Below are positions 1 through 8,296 of a stretch of DNA of 64,000 bases, one piece after another. Positions within the stretch are counted from its first letter, which is position 1, and every line of letters starts with the position of its first letter. The notes beneath the pieces were generated by a model. That model made no database searches. It had not been told where the DNA came from and saw only the letters and a list, made by a program, of their open reading frames with translations. Made by a program: the position numbers and the translations under genes. Origin of the DNA: Vicinamibacterales bacterium (GTDB lineage Bacteria > Acidobacteriota > Vicinamibacteria > Vicinamibacterales > JAMQPK01); NCBI GenBank assembly GCA_963811435.1, contig CAWERD010000006.1, positions 1,627,967 to 1,691,966 of the forward strand. The letters run 5' to 3'.

Positions 1-332
1 TCCAGTTTGTCCTTCAGGCGGAAGTGCGCGTCGATCTCGCCAATCAGCTTGGCTTCCAGCTTGGCCAGCGCGATTCGTGACGGCGCAACCCAGAGGTGGT
101 CCATCGGCGACTTCACGATGACGTCGCTCATCTGGACGTTCGAGTCGGCGATCGCGTCGTAGACGCTCCGCTGTACCTGGGTCATATCCAGAAACGACAT
201 CGTGCTGTTGGCTTGGGGGTCGAGGTCGATCAGCAGCGTCGGCTTCCCGCGCAACGCGAGGCCTGCGGCAAGATTGATTGCGGTGGTGGTCTTTCCCACC
301 CCGCCTTTCTGATTCGCGATGGCAACAATCAT
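1..332 (-). CDS. parA: ParA/Soj-family partitioning ATPase (3' end cut by window edge)
   Basis: Manual reverse translation from the ATG (complement of 330-332) gives [50 protein letters not shown]... The deviant Walker A KGGVGKT is typical of ParA/MinD ATPases. Not in the ORF track because it runs off the window. Confidence 0.85.
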   Translation of the reverse strand, partial: [110 protein letters not shown]

Positions 333-463
333 TAAGACGACCTTCGAGCCAGCTGGGGATCGTCCCGGAGGATGCGAGGGACGATGCGGTTCATTCTAGG
401 GATGCGGTATGGCGAAAGCAAGAGCGAAATGGCTATAAGCAGCGGCTGAAGGGAATTTCTCTA

Positions 464-949
464 CTACATCTTGTATTTCCCGAGCTCGTCCGGATCGAGG
501 TTCTCGAGCCATTTCTGCAAGCGATCGGTGTCGGGCTTGTCCCCGCCGGGGTCGAAGGGCTTCGCATTGTCAATCACGGACTCTTCCACGAAGATCGGCG
601 CCCTCGCGCGAAGCGCCAGCGCGATAGCGTCGCTCGGCCGCGCATCGATGGCCACCGTTTCACCATTCACGTCGAGGTAAATCAGCGCAAAAAACGTGTT
701 GTCCTTGAGGTCGGACACGACGATCTTGCGGACGTTGGCCTTGAGGTCGGTGATGACGTTCTTGAGGAGATCGTGCGTCATCGGCCGCGGCGTGCTGACG
801 TTCTCGATTTGCAGGGCGATGGCGTTCGCCTCGTAGATGCCGACCCAGATCGGAAGCACTTTCTGCCCTTCGGAATCGCGGAGCAGGATGATGGGCATGT
901 TCGTCACCGGATCGACCATCAACCCCTTGATTGTCATTTCGATCTGCAC
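464..949 (-). CDS. bifunctional nuclease (BFN/DUF151) domain protein
   Basis: ORF 464..1006. The core MTIKGLMVDPVTNMPIILLRDSEGQKVLPIWVGIYEANAIALQ... matches the BFN-domain pattern. The start is ambiguous (GTG 949, ATG 937 or ATG 1006); the longest option overlaps the miaB 3' end. Confidence 0.75.
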   Translation of the reverse strand: MQIEMTIKGLMVDPVTNMPIILLRDSEGQKVLPIWVGIYEANAIALQIENVSTPRPMTHDLLKNVITDLKANVRKIVVSDLKDNTFFALIYLDVNGETVAIDARPSDAIALALRARAPIFVEESVIDNAKPFDPGGDKPDTDRLQKWLENLDPDELGKYKM

Positions 950-974
950 GCGCTCCCCCTGCTCTGATCCAACG

Positions 975-2321
975 CTAGGCCTCGAAACCGGCGCTGTCAA
1001 GGTCAATGGCTTCCCCGCCCACGCTGAACGCGCCCGCGCGCGTGAGCCGGACGGGCACCGTGCGGCCGAGCCACTCGTGAGGGCCGGGAAAATTCACGAC
1101 GGTGTTACCGGAGGTGCGGCCCGAGAGCTCCCAGGTGCGTCGCCGGCTCACCGAATCGACCAGGACTTCGACGCGTGAACCAATCGCGGCCTCATGCAGC
1201 TCGAGCTGAATCTCCCGTTGAAGGGACTGCAGCGCCACGATGCGGCGCGTCTTTTCTGCGTCGCTCACATCATCCGGGTACCGTTTCAACGCCAGCGTAT
1301 TTGGCCGTTCCGAGTACTTGAACGAGAACATGCTCTCGTAGCGCACGAGCCGCGTCAGGCTCAGCGTCTCGTCGAAATCGGCGTCGGTCTCCCCAGGAAA
1401 TCCCACGATCATGTCGGTCGTGAGCGTGATGCCCGGAACCATCTCGCGCAGAGTGGCCACCAGCTCGAGATAGCTGTCGCGCGTGTAGCGGCGCCGCATC
1501 GCCTCGAGCACGCGCGTCGATCCCGATTGCACGGGCAGATGGAAATGCTTGCAGACCTTCGGCAGATCGCGCACGGCTTCCATGAGACGAATGGGCACGT
1601 GGCGCGGGTGCGGGCTCGCGAATCGAATGCGCTCGACACCCGGCACGTCGTGAACGGCCTCGAGGAGCGCCGCAAAATCGCACGCGGAATCGTCGGGCGC
1701 CTGATAGTGATTGACGATCTGCCCGAGGAGCTGAATTTCGCGATGCCCCTCCCCCGCTGCCTGAATCACTTCGTTGACGATGTCGCGCTTCGGCCGCATG
1801 CGCTCATTACCGCGCGTGTACGGCACGACGCAGAACGAACAGAACTCATTGCAGCCTTCGATGATCGTGACATACGCCTTGACAGGATCGTGACGCCGCG
1901 CCACGCCGAGCGGGAACGACACGTCTTCGTAAGCGTTGACGTCGATGAGCGGGGCGGCCTCGGCGTCCGCGGCCGCCTGCCCGATGAGCGCCGGCAACTG
2001 TTTCAGGCTCTGCGTGCCGACGATGACGTCGATCATGTTCGAACGCTTCAGCAGCGCCCCGGCCTCCTGTTGAGCCACGCAACCGGCAACGGCGACGACC
2101 GGTGTGCGACCGGTTTCTTCACTCGCCTGCCGAATCTCGCCGAGACGCGTGTAGAGCTTTTCTTCGGCGCGCTCGCGCACACTGCAGGTGTTGATGACAA
2201 CAACATCCGCGTCGTGCGCGTCGGGCGCCGCCTCATAGCCAGCCTGCTCCAGCAACCCCGCCATGCGCTCGGAGTCGTGGACGTTCATCTGGCAGCCGTA
2301 GGTCTCAATGAAATATTTCAC
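975..2321 (-). CDS. miaB: tRNA-2-methylthio-N6-dimethylallyladenosine synthase (radical SAM methylthiotransferase)
   Basis: 448-aa ORF with N-terminal MKYFIETYGCQMNVHDSE, the radical-SAM cluster motif CNEFCSFCVVPYTRG and a C-terminal TRAM-like region. GTG start at 2321. Confidence 0.95.
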   Translation of the reverse strand: MKYFIETYGCQMNVHDSERMAGLLEQAGYEAAPDAHDADVVVINTCSVRERAEEKLYTRLGEIRQASEETGRTPVVAVAGCVAQQEAGALLKRSNMIDVIVGTQSLKQLPALIGQAAADAEAAPLIDVNAYEDVSFPLGVARRHDPVKAYVTIIEGCNEFCSFCVVPYTRGNERMRPKRDIVNEVIQAAGEGHREIQLLGQIVNHYQAPDDSACDFAALLEAVHDVPGVERIRFASPHPRHVPIRLMEAVRDLPKVCKHFHLPVQSGSTRVLEAMRRRYTRDSYLELVATLREMVPGITLTTDMIVGFPGETDADFDETLSLTRLVRYESMFSFKYSERPNTLALKRYPDDVSDAEKTRRIVALQSLQREIQLELHEAAIGSRVEVLVDSVSRRRTWELSGRTSGNTVVNFPGPHEWLGRTVPVRLTRAGAFSVGGEAIDLDSAGFEA

Positions 2322-4093
2322 GCTGGTGGACTCTTTCGACTCTGTCGACTCTCATGACTCTCACGACTCCCCTGACTCCCCTGACTCCCTCGACTCCTCA
2401 GACTCTCCCGACTTTCGCCTTTTGATTTGCTTTCGCTTTCGCCTCCCGCTCCGAGCAGTTCCCGGGCGGCGGCGCGCGCGGCGGCGGTCGGCGCCGCTCC
2501 TCCAATCATACGCGCCAGCTCCTCGACGCGCTCGGTCTCGTTCAACCGGACCACGCGCGTCTGCGTGCGGCCGTTGGCCACCGACTTCGAAATCTGAAAA
2601 TGCACGTGGCCGGCCGCTGCGATTTGCGGAAGGTGCGTGATGCAGAGCACCTGAAACCTCTCGCCGATGCGCCGCAGCTTCTTCCCCACCACGTCGGCGA
2701 CGCGGCCGCCGATGCCGGCATCGATCTCATCGAAGATCAGCGTCTTGCCGGGCGCATCGGCCGCCGCGAGCGTCCTGATGGCCAGCATGACACGCGACAG
2801 CTCGCCACCCGACGCGATGCGCGCCAGCGGCCTTGGCTCCTCTCCTACGTTGGCAGACAGGAAGCATTCGGCGATATCGATGCCGTTCTCCGTCCAGGAG
2901 GCTTCCGGTGCGTCCGCTTCGAATCGAACTTCGAACTGCGTACGCCCCATTGCGAGATCGCCCAGGAGTTGGCGAATCTCGGAGGCAAAGCGTGTCGCGG
3001 CCTCGTGCCGCGTGCGCGAGAGCACCCGCGCACGCGTCAGGAACGCCTCTCTCGCGGCGCGCGTCTCGGCCTCGAGCCCCTCCCGTCTCTCGTCGGCGTT
3101 CTGCAGCGCATCGAGCTGGCGCATCAGCGCGTCCCGTTTGGCGATGACATCAGGGAGCGACGGACCGTACTTGCGCCTGAGGCGCTCGATGAGCGCCAGA
3201 CGGTCTTCGACTTCCTGCAGGCGCGCCGGCGAGGCGTCGATATTCTCGCCATAGGTACGCAGCGTCAGCGCCAGATCCTCGAGCTGCGATTTAATCGCGT
3301 CGCGTGCCTCGAGATGCGGAAGGAAGAGGGGATCGACATCTGCGAGCTCTGACACGCGTTTCCACACGGCCCCAAGCCGCGCCAGCGCCGCCTCGTCGCT
3401 GTCATAGAGCGCGCTGTACGCCTCACTGCACAGCCGCTGCAGCTTGTCGGCATTGCTCAAGACGAGCCTGGCGGTCTCGAGCTCTTCGTCTTCGTTTGCA
3501 TGCAGCTTCGCCTTCTCGAGCTCTCCGACCTGGAACTTCAGCAGGTCGAGGCGCGCCGCCTTTTCGCGCTCGTCCAGCTGAAACGCGTCGAATTCAGACT
3601 GAAGCGCTTTCCAGTGTCGGAACGCGGCGGCCACCTCTTCGCGTAACGGCGCCACCCCGGCGAACTCGTCGAGGACGAATAAGTGGCTTTGTGGATCGAG
3701 CAGCGTCTGATGCTCGTGCTGCCCATGCAACTCGACGAGCGGTGATGTGCGATCGCTCAGCGCGGCGGCCGTCACGAGCGCATCGTTGAGGAACGCGCGG
3801 CTTCGGCCCTGGGCGTTCACGTCACGACGCACGATGAGTTCGGTGGGGTCTGACCCAATTACGGGGACGGGGGTCAGACCCCCTATTTCAAAGACGGCCT
3901 GCACGCTGGCCTGCGATTCACCGGTGCGGATGAGGTCGGCGGCGGCCCGGCCGCCCATGAGGAGGCCGACGGCCTCGACGAGCATCGACTTGCCGGCGCC
4001 CGTTTCGCCGGTCAGCACGTTCAACCCGGGCTCGAACTCGACCTGGACGGCATCGATGACGGCGAGGTGCTCAATGCGAAGGTAGCGAAGCAT
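2318..4093 (-). CDS. recN: DNA repair protein RecN
   Basis: ORF 2318..4192 trimmed to the conserved start MLRYLRIEHLAVIDAVQVEFEPGLNVLTGETGAGKSMLVEA (Walker A). Long coiled coil, GGELSRVMLA signature and LIFDEIDAGIGG Walker B. The last ~35 codons read through the 9-nt repeat array. Confidence 0.93.
   Translation of the reverse strand: MLRYLRIEHLAVIDAVQVEFEPGLNVLTGETGAGKSMLVEAVGLLMGGRAAADLIRTGESQASVQAVFEIGGLTPVPVIGSDPTELIVRRDVNAQGRSRAFLNDALVTAAALSDRTSPLVELHGQHEHQTLLDPQSHLFVLDEFAGVAPLREEVAAAFRHWKALQSEFDAFQLDEREKAARLDLLKFQVGELEKAKLHANEDEELETARLVLSNADKLQRLCSEAYSALYDSDEAALARLGAVWKRVSELADVDPLFLPHLEARDAIKSQLEDLALTLRTYGENIDASPARLQEVEDRLALIERLRRKYGPSLPDVIAKRDALMRQLDALQNADERREGLEAETRAAREAFLTRARVLSRTRHEAATRFASEIRQLLGDLAMGRTQFEVRFEADAPEASWTENGIDIAECFLSANVGEEPRPLARIASGGELSRVMLAIRTLAAADAPGKTLIFDEIDAGIGGRVADVVGKKLRRIGERFQVLCITHLPQIAAAGHVHFQISKSVANGRTQTRVVRLNETERVEELARMIGGAAPTAAARAAARELLGAGGESESKSKGESRESLRSRGSQGSQGSRESHESRQSRKSPPA
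2329..2418. repeat. tandem array, 10 x 9 nt (GACTCYNNN)
   Basis: Read directly: gactctttc gactctgtc gactctcat gactctcac gactcccct gactcccct gactccctc gactcctca gactctccc gactttcgc. It is followed by ctttcgc-type repeats to about 2443 and lies between the conserved RecN end and the miaB start codon. Confidence 0.9.
3841..3883 (-). repeat. palindromic GGGTCAGACCCC-type element embedded in recN coding sequence
   Basis: On the plus strand, ggggtctgaccc (3845-3856), 13 nt, then gggtcagacccc form a 12-bp inverted repeat. In coding orientation it shares gggtcagaccccaccg with the mutS copy. Confidence 0.8.
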
Positions 4094-4316
4094 GGTTAAA
4101 GGCTTGCCTCGCCGCAGCGAAGCGCGAAGGCGGGGAACTCCAATGCTACCATATGTTTGACAGCCGTTCGGACGCGTGGTACCTGTAGGCAATGCGCCTC
4201 CGCGAAAGGCTTCGGCCCCACCGGTCGAAACCTTAGCGAAGGCGGTCCGCGCTGTCCCAGCGGCGCACTTTTGCCCGGAGGCTTATTTGCGCACGCTCGG
4301 CAACCTGCTGCTCGCG

Positions 4317-5054
4317 ATGCAGGCCGATAGTGCCACTGCCCCTGCTGCACATGCGCTGGGCGGCGGCTTCATCGACCTCATCAGACAATCGACACCACTC
4401 AGTAAGGCCGTTCTCGCGACGCTCGTTATCTTTTCGATCGTGTCGTGGGGAATCATTCTCTACAAGCTCCTGACGTTCAACCGGATTCGATCGCAGAGCT
4501 CGCGGTTCCTCGAGATCTTTCGCCGCAGCACCAAGTTCTCGGAAGTGCAGGCGGTTTGCCAGTCGCTGAACGACAGCCCGCTCGTCGGAATCTTCCTTGC
4601 CGGGTACGCGGAGCTGAATCTGCAACTGCGACAGGCAACCAGTGGTGCAAATCCTGCCCACAACCCCGCGCCGCCCGCGCGCCCGGTGCTGAAATCGCTG
4701 GTGTCGGTCGATCGCGCCCTTATGCGGGCCTCCAACGTCGAAACGAACAAGCTGGAGAAACACATCACCTTTCTTGCAACGACCGCCGCGGTCACACCGT
4801 TCATTGGATTGTTCGGTACCGTGCTCGGCATCATCGCGGCGTTCCAGGGGATCGGGGCGCAGGGATCGACAAGCCTCGACGTCGTGGCGCCGGGCATCGC
4901 CGATGCGTTGATTGCGACGGCCGCCGGGCTCGCGGCAGCAATTCCGGCCGTCTATTTCTATAACCTGCTGACGCAACGGGTGAAGGGGCTGGCGTCTGAA
5001 ATGGACGACTTCTCCCTCGAATTTCTCAACATCGTCGAGCGGAATTTCACGTAA
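4317..5054 (+). CDS. tolQ: Tol-Pal system proton channel protein TolQ (MotA/TolQ/ExbB family)
   Basis: ORF 4176..5054 trimmed to ATG 4317. Has three predicted TM segments and the conserved ...TPFIGLFGTVLGIIAAFQGIG... region. First gene of a tolQ-tolR-tolA-tolB-pal-cpoB series. Confidence 0.9.
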   Translation: MQADSATAPAAHALGGGFIDLIRQSTPLSKAVLATLVIFSIVSWGIILYKLLTFNRIRSQSSRFLEIFRRSTKFSEVQAVCQSLNDSPLVGIFLAGYAELNLQLRQATSGANPAHNPAPPARPVLKSLVSVDRALMRASNVETNKLEKHITFLATTAAVTPFIGLFGTVLGIIAAFQGIGAQGSTSLDVVAPGIADALIATAAGLAAAIPAVYFYNLLTQRVKGLASEMDDFSLEFLNIVERNFT

Positions 5055-5533
5055 TGCCGAAAGTTCAGTCGTTCGATCACGAGAAAGGCGGGCATTCCCG
5101 CCGCGGCCGCCGCACGTCGTCGTCCCTTGCCGAGATCAACGTGGTGCCGCTCGTCGACGTCATGCTCGTGCTGCTCATCATCTTCATGGTGACGGCACCG
5201 ATGATGCAGCGTGGAGTCGAAATCCAGCTGCCTGTCGCACGCCGCGGTACGGCGATCAGCGCAGAACCGGTGTTCGTCACGCTTCCTCTGTCGTATCGTA
5301 AGGATCAGCGGGTGCTCATCGGGCTGGAAGGCAAACAGGAAGCTGTTCCGTTGAGCGTCCTGAGTGAGCGCGCGCGGCAGATGCTCGTGTCGCGGGCCAG
5401 CAAACAGGTGTACCTTCGGATGGATGCCGGCGTGAACGCGCAGGAAATTCTTACCGTGATGGACTCGCTCAAGGACGGAGGCGTCGAAGGCGTTGGCATC
5501 GTCGCACTTGACGCGCCGAAGGCGGCAAAGTAG
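5054..5533 (+). CDS. tolR: Tol-Pal system protein TolR (ExbD/TolR family)
   Basis: 159 aa. N-terminal basic stretch followed by EINVVPLVDVMLVLLIIFMVTAP, the typical ExbD/TolR TM helix. ATGA overlap with the tolQ stop. Confidence 0.9.
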   Translation: MPKVQSFDHEKGGHSRRGRRTSSSLAEINVVPLVDVMLVLLIIFMVTAPMMQRGVEIQLPVARRGTAISAEPVFVTLPLSYRKDQRVLIGLEGKQEAVPLSVLSERARQMLVSRASKQVYLRMDAGVNAQEILTVMDSLKDGGVEGVGIVALDAPKAAK

Positions 5534-6316
5534 TGGAAGCAGTCGTCAGCGACATTCTGCAGAGCCGTAAAAGCGCGCCCGACGGTCTGAAGGCGACCGC
5601 CAGCGTCTCCTTTGCTGCTCACGCGCTGGCTCTGACCGCCCTCGCTCTCATCCCGAGCCTGATGCCGAAGGCCGCCGAGAAGCCGCGCGTGGTAATGAGC
5701 ATCAGCCTCGGTGGCGCTCCCGGGCCGAACACCGGCGGCATGCAGATGATCGGCGGCAAGAATATCGAAGCCGCTCAACCGTCGACCGCACCGACGCTCG
5801 TCCGGAATCCGCCACCGTCGGTGACGACACCGAAGATGACGCTGCCCGATCCGAAGCAGAAACCGCGCACGCCCCCGAAGACGACGGCCTCGTCTAAAGA
5901 TCCCAGCGGCACGGTGAGGGGGCGCGGATTCGAGACGCAGGTCGGCACGACGCGTGTCGACACCGGCGCCAAAGGTCAGGGGTTCGGATTGTCGTCAAGT
6001 GGTGGCGGCGGTGGCGATGGTTTCAGAACGGAAGGAGATTTCTGCTGTCGTGAGTACCTCATCGACATGCGCGATCGCATCCGGAAAAACTGGAACGAGA
6101 ATCAGCAGGCGACGGGCCTGGTGACGATGAAATTCGTGATTCAGCGAAACGGGCAGATCACGGACATCGCGCTGGACAAATCCAGCGGGAACGCCGGTCC
6201 TGGACCTGGCCGCGCAGCGCGCCCTCGTGAACACGCGGGCGTTGGGGCCCCTGCCGGCCGCGTATTCACCGCCACAGCTCACCTTATATCTGGATTTCGA
6301 GTACGTTCGAAAATAG
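5533..6316 (+). pseudogene. TonB/TolA-family energy transducer, one frameshift near 6191-6196
   Basis: The N-terminal TM, Pro-rich linker and TonB-C start (CCREYLIDMRDRIRKNWNENQQATGLVTMKFVIQRNGQITDIALDKSSGN) are in the ORF 5533 frame. The conserved end PVLDLAAQRALVNTRALGPLPAAYSPPQLTLYLDFEYVRK* is in the +1 frame and stops at 6314-6316. The 434-aa track ORF is read-through into tolB. Confidence 0.75.
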
Positions 6317-6325
6317 AAGGTACCC

Positions 6326-7699
6326 ATGAAGAAGCTCGCTCACGTGCTTTGCATATTCGCCTCGGGCCTGGCCGTCGTCATTGCCGGCGCACAGGCGCCC
6401 CCCGCGCAGGAACCTGTCGAACAAACGTCGCCCGACACGATCAAGACAAAAATTCTCGGTGGAGTGGGCGCCCCTCCCCATTACGCGGTTCCAGATTTCA
6501 TTGCGTTGACCAACGACAAGGAGACCGCGGACGCGGCGAAGCTGATCGCCGAAGTGCTGTGGAGCGATCTGTCGTTCGAGCGCGAATACGACATGATTCC
6601 CCGCGACACCTACAAGACGATCGATGTCACCCCGAACGCAGAAACGATCGCGTTCGAGCGCTGGCGCGAGCTCGGTGCCGACGGCGTCGTCAAGGGCACG
6701 GTCAAGAGAACAGGCAACACGTTCCAGGTCGAAATGCGCCTCTTCAACGTCCTCGCGCGCGCCGTGGCTCTTGGCCGTGTGTACGACAACGTGGCATTGA
6801 GAAATCCCCGCGCCGTCGCGCACACGATCTCGGATGAGATCCATCAAACGCAAAGCGGCCTGCGCGGCGTGGCGCGCACGAAGCTGACCTTCATTTCCGA
6901 TCGCGACAACGAGCGCGTGGTCGACACGGTCGAGACGCGCACGGGCAAAGAGGTCTATGTCACCGATTACGACGGCGCGAACCAGATGCGCGTGACCTCG
7001 AACCGCCGCCTGAACATCACGCCCTCCTGGTCACCCGATGGCCGAAGCATCGCGTACTCGTCGTATACGCGGATTCAGCCGCAGGTCATCGTGTCCAACG
7101 TCTATCAAGGCACGCGCGAAACGCTGACCGACGAGAAAACGGGCGCGTACATGCCGGTATTCTCGCCCGATGGCAATCGCATCGCTTTCATGTCGCAGCG
7201 TGATGGCAATTCCGAGATCTACGTGATGAACCGCGATGGCTCGGGCACGCGCCGGCTGACGAACAACTCGGCCGCCGACTCCACGCCGACGTGGTCGCCG
7301 ACGGGGACGCAGGTCGCGTTCACGTCCGACCGTTCAGGGGCGCCGCAAATCTGGATCATGGACGCCGACGGGTTGAACGTTCGCCGCATTACCTTCGGCG
7401 AATCCTGGGCCGACCGCGCGACGTGGTCGCCTGCGCCCTTCAATGAAATCGCGTACTCGGCGCGCTCTGGACCCGGTTTCGACATTAGGATTTACGATGT
7501 CGCCAGCGGAAGGACGACCACGCTCACCGACGGGGTGGGCACCAACGAAAGTCCCGCATTTTCACCAGGCGGGCGCCACATCGCATTTTCCTCGTCGCGT
7601 CTCGGCAAAGTGCAGATTTTCACGATGGCGCGCGACGGGAAGAACCTGCGGCAGATTACCCGAACGGGCAACAACACCATGCCGAACTGGTCACGCTAA
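6326..7699 (+). CDS. tolB: Tol-Pal system beta-propeller protein TolB
   Basis: 457 aa with a signal peptide and repeated ...SWSPDG..IAF.S.R.G..qI... blades (SPDGRSIAYSS, SPDGNRIAFMS, SPTGTQVAFTS, SPGGRHIAFSS). Position in the tol operon is as expected. Confidence 0.93.
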   Translation: MKKLAHVLCIFASGLAVVIAGAQAPPAQEPVEQTSPDTIKTKILGGVGAPPHYAVPDFIALTNDKETADAAKLIAEVLWSDLSFEREYDMIPRDTYKTIDVTPNAETIAFERWRELGADGVVKGTVKRTGNTFQVEMRLFNVLARAVALGRVYDNVALRNPRAVAHTISDEIHQTQSGLRGVARTKLTFISDRDNERVVDTVETRTGKEVYVTDYDGANQMRVTSNRRLNITPSWSPDGRSIAYSSYTRIQPQVIVSNVYQGTRETLTDEKTGAYMPVFSPDGNRIAFMSQRDGNSEIYVMNRDGSGTRRLTNNSAADSTPTWSPTGTQVAFTSDRSGAPQIWIMDADGLNVRRITFGESWADRATWSPAPFNEIAYSARSGPGFDIRIYDVASGRTTTLTDGVGTNESPAFSPGGRHIAFSSSRLGKVQIFTMARDGKNLRQITRTGNNTMPNWSR

Positions 7700-7725
7700 C
7701 GAATGTTCATGACACATCAAAGCCT

Positions 7726-8286
7726 ATGAGACTGAGATCACTGCTCTGCGCCAGCGTAATAGTGCTTATCGGTGCGACGGCGTGCCACAAAAACCCGCCA
7801 CCAGTGGCGCGGCCGCTGCCGCCCCCTCCCCCGCCGCCTGTGGTGGACAACCGGCCGAACCCGCCCGAGCCGATGCGCGAGCCGATGCCGCCGGAGCCGA
7901 TTCCGAGCGACGATGTGGCCGGGCGATCACTCGATGATTTGAACCGGGATTCACCGCTCCGGCCCGTGTTTTTCGACCTCGACAGCTCCGACGTCAGCGA
8001 GACGGGCCGTACGACGCTTCAGGCCAACGCCGCTGTGTTGAAGAAGTACCCAACGTGGGTGATTACCATCGAAGGTCACTGCGACGAGCGCGGAACCGCG
8101 GAGTACAATCTTGCGCTGGGTGAACGTCGCGCCGTCTCCGCGCGACAGTATCTGATCTCGCTCGGGCTCGACGCCAACAGGCTGCGCACTGTGAGCTACG
8201 GCAGCGAATTCCCGTTCGATCCCGCGCATCAGGAAGCCGCATGGGCCCGGAACCGCCGGGCGCACTTTGTGATTACCGCGAAATAG
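7726..8286 (+). CDS. pal: peptidoglycan-associated lipoprotein Pal (OmpA family)
   Basis: Lipobox LIGATAC, Pro-rich linker, and an OmpA-like domain (VFFDLDSSDV...IEGHCDERGTAEYNLALGERRA...NRRAHF). Confidence 0.93.
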   Translation: MRLRSLLCASVIVLIGATACHKNPPPVARPLPPPPPPPVVDNRPNPPEPMREPMPPEPIPSDDVAGRSLDDLNRDSPLRPVFFDLDSSDVSETGRTTLQANAAVLKKYPTWVITIEGHCDERGTAEYNLALGERRAVSARQYLISLGLDANRLRTVSYGSEFPFDPAHQEAAWARNRRAHFVITAK

Positions 8287-8296
8287 AGGGAGAAAT

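Noticed and set aside
2308-2640. Plus-strand ORF MKYFTLVDSFDSVDSHDSHDSPDSPDSLDSSDSPDF…
   Set aside because: It is a translation of the GACTC 9-mer array on the strand opposite recN. It shares the palindromic tgaaatatttca with the miaB start by coincidence, and it continues antisense into recN.
6317-6837. C-terminal 170 residues of the 434-aa ORF 5533..6837
   Set aside because: This is out-of-frame read-through after the frameshift near 6193. It overlaps the well-supported tolB gene, and the genuine TonB-C end is recovered in the adjacent frame, stopping at 6316.
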